In this document: piece after piece, positions 12,923 to 29,228 of the stretch | Position numbering within the stretch: the first letter of the stretch is position 1 | Layout: each line of letters opens with the position of its first letter | Assembly (NCBI RefSeq): GCF_009914755.1 | Contig: NC_060927.1 | DNA: 64,000 nucleotides | Strand: one strand, 5' to 3' | Source of the DNA: the human T2T-CHM13v2.0 reference genome, Homo sapiens | The notes under the pieces: model-generated | The model's input: only the letters and a program-made list of their open reading frames with translations | Told to the model about the DNA's origin: nothing | Databases searched by the model: none | Position numbers and translations under genes: made by a program

Positions 12923-14666
12923 GGTTGGGAAACAGTAAACAGTGAGTGAAAGAATTAAAATGAACAAGTCCTTATATCCCAGAATCAGCCATGTCACAAA
13001 TTCAAGTCTTTGATGATTTTCATATACAGTCCAGAGCTTACTAAAGATTTTCTGAATAGTCTGGGGGGGTTAATTTAAACAACAAAGTACAGTCATTATC
13101 AGCCTTCAAAAACCTATAGGTCTGTGCCATCCTTTAAGTTAATCCTCATGATTAGGGTTTAGCCGTACTGCCTTTCTTTGGTTTTACCAGCATGTTCTGG
13201 CTCCTTCTCACTTTAAAGTCTTTAAATAAGCTGCTTATAAAACTATTCTCCCTCTCCCTATTTACCTCGTTAATTTTTCCTTAACCCTCACATATGGGTT
13301 CAAGCATAATTTCTTTTTCAAGGAAGAGTTCCCATGTCTCTAACTTACACACGCTCATAGCATCCTAAACTTCGACATATTGGCATTCGTCACAATTTTA
13401 GTCAAATAGCTAATTAGGCAATTAGTTGCTTAGCATCTGTCTCCTCTAAAGACTGGAAGCTCCATGAAACATGGAAGGTGTTGGTCTTGCTCAGTGCTCC
13501 CTATAATTGTATGCTGGATGGGTGCTTGAGAAATATTTGTTGGATGAATTTAGACTGTATTTTGTAATTAAATGAGGTTTAGAAAACCTCACAGAATCCA
13601 TATTAGCTAAAATTTTTTTTTTTCCAAACAGGACATTGTTCTTACTAAGAGAACAGTCAAGTGAATATAATTGTGGAAACTACTGGAGTATTTAACTAAA
13701 TTAAGAGTGTTAGTTTTGTGTAATTAGAGAGATTCAATTCACTATATAGCTCTAATTCATTAATGAGAATAATTCTTTACTTATATATCTTGGCCAGTAT
13801 TAGTTGTTAACTACATTCCCTTAATTTAGATGCAGGGTCTACTGTATGCTGGGTGCTGAGAATGGAGGAAAAGCTAATTTTAGTGGTTTCTTTCCTCAAG
13901 GAGTAGGTAACACAGCAGAAAGCTAGCAGAGTCTTCACTGGAGTTAGAACCAATCAGAGCCTAAAAGAAATTTGATTCCATCTAACTGAAATAGATTGTG
14001 GACAAAAGTGATTTTACACAGGACTCTCCTTTTTGATTCTTTTTCCTCTTTATCTGAGGATTATTAGTTGCTTTAAATAATGTTTGCTGCAAGCAAAGTT
14101 GATTTGGTTGGTTGGTCTGGTTTCCTACAAACCTTACTTGTTTTCCGTTTTCTTTCCCTTCTTAGTTATTCTCACAATCACCACTCCTAACTTTTGATGC
14201 TCCTGTCCAGAAAACTGAGCAAAAGAGTGGCTGAAGAATAGGAATGATGAAGAGAAGAAGTAAAAACACCTGGTAAATGTTAAACAAAAATTATGCCATC
14301 CATATTTATCTTCTATAAGTTGTTTCAAACTATCTTTCCCTTTCTTTCCTTTTTCTCCCTCCCTCCCATCTTCCCATTTTCCTCCCTTCCTTCCTTCCTT
14401 CCTTCCTTTCCTTCCTCTCTTGTTCTCCTCACTTCCTTTTTAAAAACTACTAAACTAATTGTATACTAATTGTAGTTGAATATCACTTTGGGCAATTCAC
14501 CTTCATACCTGACACCTTCACACATCCTTTACTGGTTCTTCAAATTTAATATTCAACAAATAAACGCTTGCTGCCACTATTAGCCTCTTCTCCAGATTCT
14601 GCTAATCTAACTAGATTTGTTTCTATAAATTAGGCTGTTGGGAAAGGTACCATAAGACCTTCTTTT

Positions 14667-15045
<379 letters not shown>

Positions 15046-15514
15046 TAGTATTCTGTTGAATCTTTGCAAGTGCTCACTATCTCTCTATAGGCTAATCCTG
15101 CTATTATTTTGTTATAAAGTTGTTCTCTCCTCTAGTTTCCATCTGCCTCGGTAGATGACAAGGACTTTAGAGAGCTCAAGCTGTTTTCAATTTTAAGGAA
15201 GGAGAAAAATTAGCCTGCCATATCAGCTTCCCAGGGTCTGTAATGAAGCACTCTGCTGAGAAATCAGGTTTTAAGAAGAAGCTTGAATCTTTCTTTTTTT
15301 TTTTTTTTATTATACTTTAAGTTTTAGGGTACATGTGCACATTGTGCAGGTTAGTTACATATGTATACATGTGCCATGCTGGTGCGCTGCACCCACTAAC
15401 GCGTCATCTAGCATTAGGTATATCTCCCAATGCTATCCCTCCCCCCCTCCCCCGACCCCACCACAGTCCCCAGAGTGTGATATTCCCCTTCCTGTGTCCA
15501 TGTGATCTCATTGT

Positions 15515-19369
<3,855 letters not shown>

Positions 19370-19405
19370 TTAGTTGATGCAGTTTCTTCCTAGTCTCAAT
19401 GGTCT

Positions 19406-20422
19406 TTACATTTTGGCATGATTTTGCAGCAGCTGGTACTGGTTGTTCCTTTCCATGTTTAGCGCTTCCTTCAGGAGCTCTTTTAGGGCAGGCCTGGTGG
19501 TGACAAAATCTCTCAGCATTTGCTTGTCTATAAAGGATTTTATTTCTCCTTCACTTATGAAGCTTAGTTTGGCTGGATATGAAATTCTGGGTTGAAAATT
19601 CTTTTCTTTAAGAATGTTGAATATTGGCCCCCACTCTCTTCTGGCTTGTAGGGTTTCTGCCAAGAGATCCGCTGTTAGTCTGATGGGCTTCCCTTTGAGG
19701 GTAACCCGACCTTTCTCTCTGGCTGCCCTTAACATTTTTTCCTTCATTTCAACTTTGGTGAATCTGACAATTATGTGTCTTGGAGTTGCTCTTCTCGAGG
19801 AGTATCTTTGTGGTGTTCTCTGTATTTCCTGAATCTGAACGTTGGCCTGCCTTGCTAGATTGGGGAAGTTCTCCTGGATAATATCCTGCAGAGTGTTTTC
19901 CAACTTGGTTCCATTCTCCACATCACTTTCAGGTACACCAATCAGACGTAGATTTGGTCTTTTCACATAGTCCCATATTTCTTGGAGGCTTTGCTCATTT
20001 CTTTTTATTCTTTTTTCTCTAAACTTCCCTTCTCGCTTCATTTCATTCATTTCATCTTCCATTGCTGATACCCTTTCTTCCAGTTGATCGCATCGGCTCC
20101 TGAGGCTTCTGCATTCTTCACGTAGTTCTCGAGCCTTGGTTTTCAGCTCCATCAGCTCCTTTAAGCACTTCTCTGTATTGGTTATTCTAGTTATACATTC
20201 TTCTAAATTTTTATCAAAGTTTTCAACTTCTTTGCCTTTGGTTTGAATGTCCTCCCGTAGCTCAGAGTAATTTGATCGTCTGAAGCCTTCTTCTCTCAGC
20301 TCGTCAAAATCATTCTCCATCCAGCTTTGTTCCGTTGCTGGTGAGGAACTGCGTTCCTTTGGAGGAGGAGAGGCGCTCTGCGTTTTAGAGTTTCCAGTTT
20401 TTCTGTTCTGTTTTTTCCCCAT
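19406..20422 (-). CDS. L1 ORF1p RNA-binding protein/chaperone, 338 aa
   Basis: MGKKQNRKTG...; REKG, ARR and YPAKLS motifs intact. Confidence 0.98.
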   Translation of the reverse strand: MGKKQNRKTGNSKTQSASPPPKERSSSPATEQSWMENDFDELREEGFRRSNYSELREDIQTKGKEVENFDKNLEECITRITNTEKCLKELMELKTKARELREECRSLRSRCDQLEERVSAMEDEMNEMKREGKFREKRIKRNEQSLQEIWDYVKRPNLRLIGVPESDVENGTKLENTLQDIIQENFPNLARQANVQIQEIQRTPQRYSSRRATPRHIIVRFTKVEMKEKMLRAAREKGRVTLKGKPIRLTADLLAETLQARREWGPIFNILKEKNFQPRISYPAKLSFISEGEIKSFIDKQMLRDFVTTRPALKELLKEALNMERNNQYQLLQNHAKM

Positions 20423-21307
20423 CTTTGCGGTTTTATCTGCTTTTGGTCTTTGATGATGGTGATGTACAGATGGGTTTTCGGTGTAGATGTCCTTTCTGGT
20501 TGTTAGTTTTCCTTCTAACAGACAGGACCCTCAGCTGCAGGTCTGTTGGAATACCCTGCCGTGTGAGGTGTCAGTGTGCCCCTGCTGGGGGGTGCCTCCC
20601 AGTTAGGCTGCTCGGGGGTCAGGGGTCAGGGACCCACTTGAGGAGGCAGTCTGCCCGTTCTCAGATCTCCAGCTGCGTGCTGGGAGAACCACTGCTCTCT
20701 TCAAAGCTGTCAGACAGGGACACTTAAGTCTGCAGAGGTTACTGCTGTCTTTTTGTTTGTCTGTGCCCTGCCCCCAGAGGTGGAGCCTACAGAGGCAGGC
20801 AGGCCTCCTTGAGCTGTGGCGGGCTCCACCCAGTTCGAGCTTCCCGGCTGCTTTGTTTACCTAAGCAAGCCTGGGCAATGGCGGGCGCCCCTCCCCCAGC
20901 CTCGCTGCCGCCTTGCAGTTTGATCTCAGACTGCTGTGCTAGCAATCAGCGAGATTCCGTGGGCGTAGGACCCTCTGAGCCAGGTGTGGGATATAGTCTC
21001 GTGGTGCACCGTTTTTTAAGCCGGTCTGAAAAGCGAAATATTCGGGTGGGAGTGACCCGATTTTCCAGGTGCGTCCGTCACCCCTTTCTTTGACTCGGAA
21101 AGGGAACTCCCTGACCCCTTGCACTTCCCAGGTGAGGCAATGCCTCGCCTTGCTTCGGCTCGCGCACGGTGCGCGCACACACTGGCCTGCACCCACTGTC
21201 TGGCACTCCCTAGTGAGATGAACCTGGTACCTCAGATGGAAATGCAGAAATCACCCGTCTTCTGCGTCGCTCACTCTGGGAGCTGTAGACCGGAGCTGTT
21301 CCTATTC
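20423..21307 (-). promoter_or_regulatory. L1 5'UTR internal sense promoter plus antisense promoter (CpG-rich); YY1 site absent
   Basis: Element begins GAATAGGAACAGCTCCGG; consensus nt 1-21 (GGGGGAGGAGCCAAGATGGCC) are missing. Confidence 0.9.
20878..21093 (+). CDS. L1 ORF0 (antisense, 71 aa)
   Basis: gcaATGg start; MAGAPPPASLPPCSLISDCC...RCVRHPFL*; splice donors CAG|gtgtgg after 20983 and CAG|gtgcgt after 21068. Confidence 0.9.
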   Translation: MAGAPPPASLPPCSLISDCCASNQRDSVGVGPSEPGVGYSLVVHRFLSRSEKRNIRVGVTRFSRCVRHPFL

Positions 21308-21649
21308 CTTGAATCTTTCTTTAGTTGGGGATTTATGAGGACAGATTCCTTAAAATGTGTTGTGGTCCTAGAAGGGCACATTGTTAAATGAGAAGTTCAT
21401 TAAATTTTGGGTAGAGTTCTCCAACTCCACCCAAAAGCATTTGGTAAACTATTTAGTATTTGGGCCCACTTAAGAGGAATTGCAAATCCATGCTCTCCAG
21501 TATCCTTAATAAGAGAAACCTTAGATACTTCAATCCTTATGTCTATAAGGATTTCTTACAACACTTATTGACTACTGTTATTTCTCTCTAGCTATTTCTT
21601 TGGGGTTGATTGTTCTTCCACAGCTAAGTTTTAAAATTCTCAAGGGCAA

Positions 21650-21755
21650 CGGGAGGTGGAGGTTGCAGTGACCCAAGATTGTGCCATTGCACACCAGCCT
21701 GAGTAATAGAGCAAGACCTTGTCCCAAAAATACATAAATAAATAATAAAATAAAA
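21650..21755 (+). mobile_element. 5'-truncated Alu (right-arm end) with TSD
   Basis: gggaggtggaggttgcagtg...; flanking direct repeat ctcaagggcaa at 21639-21649 and 21760-21770. Confidence 0.85.
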
Positions 21756-22228
21756 TATCCTCAAGGGCAAGGCTATGTCTAATATTTACAGGAGGGTGGA
21801 GCAAATACTAGAAATGAAAAATTATAAATGACATATTAGTTGATAACCCTGTTCACTGGCAGTCAATATAATCCACACCAGCGTTTTGCTGTTTCCCCAT
21901 TGTTCTCTAAAAGTTGCTAGAAATATATTTCTCCAATAGAGGGATGAAGGGAGTAGTTAAGGTATGGGAGGAACATTTATTGAGAATCCACTATGTGCCT
22001 CACATTGCACCCAGTGCTCTGTATGTTCTACTTCTTTGTGTCCTCCAAACATTCCTGAAATGTTGGAATTATGATCTTTATTTTATAGGAGAGAGTTAGA
22101 ATTGAAATCCAATCTCTTTATAATTCTGAAATCCTACCTTTGCCTCTAACCTAGGATGCCTCTCAGGCTATAAAGTGAAATACCTGTAAACTCTTTGCTT
22201 TTTGCCTCTTAAGAAAGTAAAGCTTCTG

Positions 22229-22291
22229 TCTCCTGACTTCGTGATCCGTCCCGCCTCAGCCTCCCAAAGTCCTGGGATTACAGGTGTGTGC
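22229..22291 (-). mobile_element. Tail-less internal Alu left-arm fragment (~63 bp)
   Basis: tctcctgacttcgtgatccgtcccgcctcagcctcccaaagtcctgggattacaggtgtg. Confidence 0.85.
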
Positions 22292-23070
22292 CTTCTGCCT
22301 GAAAGGTGTTTTTTCATAAAGCGATACAAAGGGCCAGAGAGAATGCCAACTGAAAGTCTGTGTTCCCCAAATTATATTAACAGGACATGAGCTCTCCGGG
22401 AGGGCTGAAAGATATTATGTTAAGATTGGTTCTGCGGCTAAATAAGTGTGAGTATTGCTGGGTTAAACAACTCCAACCTGACTCCTTGGAGCTTTTAATT
22501 GGTTAATTCATTTTGCAAATATTTATGGAGCACTAGGTATGATGCTATATGCAGGAATACAGACATGATCCCTGCTCTTACAGCAGTTCTTGCTTAGAGT
22601 CTAGTGAGAGAGACATCTGCTTACCAAGAAAATAACCAAATAAGATATTCGCCTAAAATTTTAAGTCAAGATAAGTTCTATGAAGGAATTGAAGAGAAAG
22701 AAGTGGCAGAGACTAATGAGGGAGAGGACTTCTTGTACATGTATAGTAGTCAGAAATGGGTATTGACATTTTAGCCCAAACCTGAGTAGTGGGATGGAGA
22801 CGTGCCAAGCATGAGTGGAAGATCTTTCTAGCCAGAGGAAAAACAATGTTGTAAGTCTGCGAGCAGGAAAAGATTCTGGCACGTCCAAGAAATGGAAAGT
22901 TGGCCAGTGCGTCCAGAGTACAGAGGAGGCGGAGGACACTACTATGTAGCAAGGTGGGGCAGCTGTCATCAGGTTATGCTGTGCTTTATACATCATGGAG
23001 AGTTTGGCTTTTCTTCTATTTGGTATGGGAAACCTTTGAAGAGTTTTAAGTAAGTACAAACAGAAATATA

Positions 23071-23562
23071 CAGTTGACCTTTCAACAAAATGGAGTTAGG
23101 AGTGCTAACCTCCCACACCCAAAAATCCAAGTATAGCTTTTGACTCCCCCAAAACTTAACTAATAGCCTACTGCTGACCAGATGTCTTACCAATAACATA
23201 AACTTGATTAATGCATTTTATGTATGGTATATGGATTATATATACTGTATTATCGCAATAAAGTAAGCTAGAGAAAAGAAAATATTATTTAAAATTCATA
23301 AGGAAAATATATTTACTATTCATTAAGTGAAAGTAGATCATAATGAAGGTCTTCATTCTCATTGTCTTCACGTTGAGTAGACTGAGGAGGAGGAGGAAGG
23401 GCAGGCGTTTGTCTTTCTTTTCCAGGGGTGGCAGAGGTGGAGGTGAAGGATGTGGAAGGGGAGGCAAGGGAGGTAGGCACACTTGGTATAAATTTTATTG
23501 CAAAACATCTGCATATAAGTGGATCCATACAGTTCAGAACTGTGTTGTACAAAGGTCAACTG
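23071..23562. mobile_element. Tigger2-derived MITE (Tigger2a-like)
   Basis: TIRs cagttgacctt...aaggtcaactg flanked by TA on both sides. Confidence 0.88.
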
Positions 23563-23971
23563 TATTTTTTAAAAAGCCACCTTTCTGCTTTGTGTCAATG
23601 TGAGTGGCCACAATTGAAGCTCTTCAAGCTTCAACATAGCACTTTGTCCATTTTGTTCACTGTTGTAACCCAAGTGCCTGAATCAGTGCCTGGCACAGAG
23701 CAAGTGCTCAATAAACATTTATTGTACAAATGTATAAGTGGAGGTGAGCAAGGTGAAATTAAGAAGTCTAGTGAGACAGATACTGCTGTAATCCAGGTTA
23801 GAGGTGACAAAACATAGGACTCAAATTTATGGTCAGAAAGAAAGAAAAACAGTCAACAAAATTAAAAACTATTTTGCAGATAGTGATATCAGGACTTTCT
23901 GATGGATCTTATGTTGGAACTAAGCAAGGAGAAAGGACTAAGGATAATTCAGTTATGAGATGGTTAATAAC

Positions 23972-24610
23972 TGATAGGCTGGTTACTAGATTCCTGGGGC
24001 TGTCCTTGAAGTCTTCCCTCCTGCACTCTGCTATGTGATGCTGGGGCTGGGGGTTTGAAAATCACATTTTTCCTTTGCCAGCTGCTCCCTGTTAGGCTCT
24101 GTCACTGTAGGGGTGTGTAAAAGAGACTGAATAGCAGAAAGAAGGAGAGAAGACTTGCTCTTTCCTGGTCACTTTCTGTGGGATTTCTGGTGCCGTGAAA
24201 GTCACCCCAGCCTCCCTCTTCTTCACTCCAGCAGATGCACTTCTTTCCCATGTCAGAATAAATCCAGTTTTCAGCTTTCCAGTACTCATAGAACCAGCCT
24301 CATTGCATTCCTCTCAGAGACACCAGCACCAGCTGTCCACCCTCTTCAGATACCTGAATTTCAGCTCTGCAGGTCCCACCCATTTAAGCTTTATGTTTTA
24401 ATAAACTCTGGCCTTTTCCCCTTGTTCTCCAGGCCTAGAGCTGGTTGCTGTTCCTTCAACTGCTTCTTCTGTCATAACTTAGTGTTATTTGGTCTTTTCT
24501 GTTAACTTAGTTAACAGTTTTATAACCAATGTGCAATTCTTTATATTAAACTCTTTAGATTCAAGTAACTGATGTGTCTTCTCTTTCCCAGTTGGACCCT
24601 GATCAATGCA
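23972..24610 (+). mobile_element. ERVL-class solo LTR (LTR33-like)
   Basis: gtgatgctggggctgg...cacatttttcctttgccagctgctccctgttaggctctg; 3' end attaaa...ttggaccctgatcaatgca. Confidence 0.6.
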
Positions 24611-25600
24611 CTAGGGTTCTGATTTGATTGATAGGAGCATGGGAAAGTCAGAGAGATGCAGATCAAGTACAAAGGAAGAAATGAAGAATTTGGATATGAA
24701 CATCTTACATTTGAGAGGCCTGTGATAACAAGTAGAGATGTCAAACAGGCGCTTGGGTAAATGACTTTAGTGTTCTAAGTGGAGGGTTGAACTTGAAATA
24801 TAATAAATAATATTATATTCAAGAATTTAGATGGTAAGTAAAGTCACCGGGTGGAATGATTTCACCTAGGGAAAGAATATATAAAGAGATTAAAAGGGAT
24901 TTCATCTAGAGAGAGAAGAAAAGGGGGCTCTAGGGTTGAGCATTCAATATGCTTATATTCATTATACATGATTCATTATACATCAATAATTGTTATGGGA
25001 AAACATGTTTCCTAATACATGTTAGGAAATACTGATGTAATCTTTGAGGATAAAGTGCAAGAGTGTGCACCTCAGCTCACTCGCATAGAGAACAAGCAGG
25101 GAGTTGGAGTAGAACTCCCAGCAAAGAATAGAAAGCGTATATTTGGCCCAGGTGTCTCCTATGCTGTACCTTCTATGACCTTAAGAAAAGTAGTACACAG
25201 CCAGGAAATATGCAGACCTGGCTGAGAGGAAGAATATTTCAGCGCTGTGCCTGTGACTCTCCCAGGTTCACAACTGGAAGCCAGCAGAGTTCTGTGACTA
25301 AATGCATGGACTCTTTAGTCAGCAACACCAGGTTTGAATCCTGGTATTAACACTGTCTAGCTGTATAACCTCAGGAAAGTTTACCTTTTCTGAGCCTCAG
25401 TTTCCTTGCTTGTAAAACTAGGTACAAAAATTTATACCACAAGGAGCTATAGGGATAACTAAATTAAATATCTCTAAAGGGTTTAGCATAGAACCAAATA
25501 CGTTGTTGATGATCCATAAATGGTGGCTGATGATAGTAGTTGTAGCAATCAAAGCAGCAGTAGAAGATTATCTTACATGTCTCTGTGCAAGAGGCCATGC

Positions 25601-25604
<4 letters not shown>

Positions 25605-25654
<50 letters not shown>
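25605..25654. repeat. Pure T50 homopolymer
   Basis: Seen directly. Confidence 0.95.
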
Positions 25655-25655
<1 letters not shown>

Positions 25656-26129
25656 TGAAATGCTGAGTAGAGAGTGGTTTAACATAAACTTCAGGTTTAA
25701 CGGCAAGTGATGTGTCAGGTCCCTGATAGTTTTGAGAAGACCCTTTAAGCAACACATTCTTCCTGATAGAATAGAATTGAGCAACTGTAAGCCTAACCTT
25801 GGACAAAAGAGGTCAGCTCATGATACAGTGTACTGCAAAGCATCCAAATGATTCATGGCTCAGCAAAACCCTGATATAAAGGTGATAAATGACAGAACCT
25901 AAGAATAGAATCATATGAAAATTTAGATAAACTGATCCAGAAGAGGCAAGAATGGGCATTATGCCTTGAGTTTGAGTAAAAGAGTCTTATTTCAAATTTT
26001 AAAATTATTTTTATCTTTTAAAACATGCCTACTTCCTTGATTTCTCACTCAAAGTGTAATGGGGAGTATATGGGGTGGCTTAAGAGAGGATAGTACCATT
26101 ATTTTTCCCTTCCTTGATGAGACAACCAG

Positions 26130-26434
<305 letters not shown>

Positions 26435-27728
26435 TGAGAAAAACACACATTTTAAAAATAAGTGCCAGCAAGTGTTTGTTGTGTTTGTTGCCAGAATCTT
26501 GTACTTGGCAAGTTAGGCTAGATTTAGGCATTTGTAACACCCCCCAAATCTCAATGGTTTAACATATAAAAATGTATATCTCAATTCCTCAAAATCTGCT
26601 GTAGATCAGGCACTCTCCCAGGCTGCTGTGTTCCATGGGGTCACCTAAGTGATCTTATGAAACTGTCATCTCAGCACATGGGCTCCACGCTACTCACAGA
26701 GGAGGAAGAGAGAGTCAAGAATTGTGCAAGGAGGTTTTACTGCTTGGGCCTGGAAGGGATTCTCATCCTGTCCACTCCATTTCATTGGCAGAATCAGTCA
26801 CATTGCCCTGTTTAAATACCCAGTGATTACAAAGTTTACTCTTCTCTGGCCCAAACAGGAAAGAGCTCAGTGATAGGAGCAAGCCCTCATAATGTCTACC
26901 AAAGACCCTGAGGTTTTTGGACATCAATCTCCAGTATAGAAATCCTATTCTTTGTTGATGTATGTGACATTCATTGCAAAGCTCCTCCAGGTTTTTCCCT
27001 GGTAGTGGTAAGATTTTGGTTGCTTAGCCTCTTGAATGCTTTCCCACGTTTTTGAGTTTTCCACCTGATGAGACCTGGTGGGAGACGGGCTTGGTACCAG
27101 CTGAGACATCTCATGATTTGTGGCAGCCACAATGGTGTTCTTACCAGACTATCGCCATGGTTTTAGCTAAGGTTCTGCCCCCCATTTTTTCCTGTCCATT
27201 TTGTCAGCCAGCCACGATCCTTTCAAGAAATTCCTTTTTAAAACATAAATCATTTAGAGCTGGTTTCTGTTGCTTACATCCAAGAACCTGACTAGCATCG
27301 CCATGTTATATGTGCTATGCAGATAGAGACTATCTAGTTAAAAGGACTGCCCCCCTCTTCTATATTCCCATAGCACCATATTTTCTCTCACTATGTCATT
27401 TAACTTTTTCTACTTTCTATTGTGGTGTTTTGTGTATACAATGGTTTTCCTCCACTAGACTCTAGGTTTAGTTCCTTGAGAGCAGAATTTGTGTCTGAAT
27501 TCTTTTTTTCCCCACTTCATGATGCATGTATCATAGTGCTTTGCTTGTGGTAGAGGCTCCATGTATCTTCTTGTTGCATAAATAAAATTTATTTACTTCA
27601 AAAAGTGAATAAGATATAGTCCTTGCCCTTAAAAAGTTTACAGTCTATTAGTGAAGCTAGACTTGCAAATTGTTTATGGTTCAAAATGGAAAGAAATGAG
27701 AATTTTCTGTTGAAGGAGTATAACAGAA

Positions 27729-28048
27729 TGGACCAGTACTGATCCATGGCCTGTTAGGAGCTGGGCCACACAGCAGGATGTGAGTGGCAGGCAAGCCAGC
27801 ATTATCGCCTGAGCTTTGCCTCCTGTCAGATCAGCTGCAGCATTAGATTCTCATAGGATTGCGGACCCTATTGTGAGCTATGCATGTGAGAGATCTAGGT
27901 TGCAGGCTCCTTATGAGAATCTAACTAATGCCTGATGATCTGAGGTGGAACAGTTTTATTCCAAAGCCATCCACCCCCTCATCCCTGTCCATGGAAAAAT
28001 TGTCTTCTGTGAAACCAGTCCCTGATGCCAAATTATTGGGGACCACTG
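27729..28048 (+). mobile_element. MER1B hAT-Charlie MITE
   Basis: gcctcctgtcagatcagc..gcattagattctcatagga ... ccatggaaaaattgtcttc ... tggggaccactg. Confidence 0.85.
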
Positions 28049-28399
28049 TGATAGAAGACATGACTAATTTTTACCAGGAGAGGGAAGTAAGGAAAAATAA
28101 AGTCTAATACAGCACAGTTGAACTAATTAACATTTTCTTAGGCAGAAAAAGGTGAAATAAAGGGACAACCTACATTTTTTAAAGGAGGCATGAAACCTCT
28201 TGGAAAGTTTAATAAACTTCAGTTTGTCCAGAGTGGCCATAGCACAGAGTCTGTGCCTGGGACCTAATCAGGAACAAGACTATGCGGTTCCTTGAAAATT
28301 ATGCAGAGGAGTTTGGGCTTTATTCTCTAAGCTGGGAAGAAGCTGGAGAAATTGAGGAGAGAAGGATAACAGGGTGGCATGAACCAGGTGTCTGAGACC

Positions 28400-29228
28400 C
28401 TGGCTGTCATGCCCTCCTCAGGCTATGCCTACTACAATTGTCCTTGACAGCATTTTGAGCAACAGAGTCTCAAGAGGTCATCAAGGTAGATTGCCTGGAC
28501 GACATAGCATATTCCCTCTTGTGCTCATTGTGTAACAGCCCCAGATCTCCCTGATGAACAGGGTGGATCGTCCTGCCAGGACAGTGATAGCCTGTCCTGC
28601 TATGTTCTTGCTATTGATCCCTTGGCATGAGGATTCTGAAGTTCCCAGATTGCAGCCATAACTTTTGCTTAAGGAGACTCTCGCTATGTCCCCTGGCAGA
28701 AGTTTCACCTGTGGGAGCCAGGACCTCTGAGCCCACAAAACCCACAATTGCAGGGATGTGAGATAAAATGTTCCCAAGTGTGTCACAGGGAGTGACGGAA
28801 GCAGGGACTTAATGTATTCTATGTGTGTTATTGACACAGCATCAATAAGTGTCATTGGTTTAGTATATACACTGTGACTTGGAGGATGGTCTCTGAGTTG
28901 CAGGCCATTCATTCCATTGCTCTGTGGAGCTACCAGCTTCTGGATGGCACATCATGTGATATGACCAATGGGCAATCTGTGCTGCATTTACCAACAGTGG
29001 AGAGATTCTCACTGCTATCTGGCTGGCAGGGAATCCAATTACAGAATCTCATTTCAACATCTCTTTTCCAAACCACCCTGGCATCAACTCTTGAAAGCTA
29101 AAGTCCCTCAGAAGAAGGCCCTGAGATAGAGACTGGCAAGCAGGAAGCTTATTAGGGAGCACTTTTAGGATCAAAAACTTTGAAAGGAAAGGGAGCAGAA
29201 GGGAAGGGAAGGGAAAGAAGTAGGATTG
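28400..29228 (-). mobile_element. ERVL-class internal fragment plus LTR (LTR16-like); LTR continues at ~30662-31000 after an L1 insertion
   Basis: ERVL-like internal sequence (ccaggacctct...gggagtga); LTR motifs ccctgagat..gcaggaagctttattagggag and caggattgg...acaaaggcctca. Confidence 0.5.

Noticed and set aside
25464-25806. Poly-lysine ORFs
   Set aside because: Produced by the T50 tract
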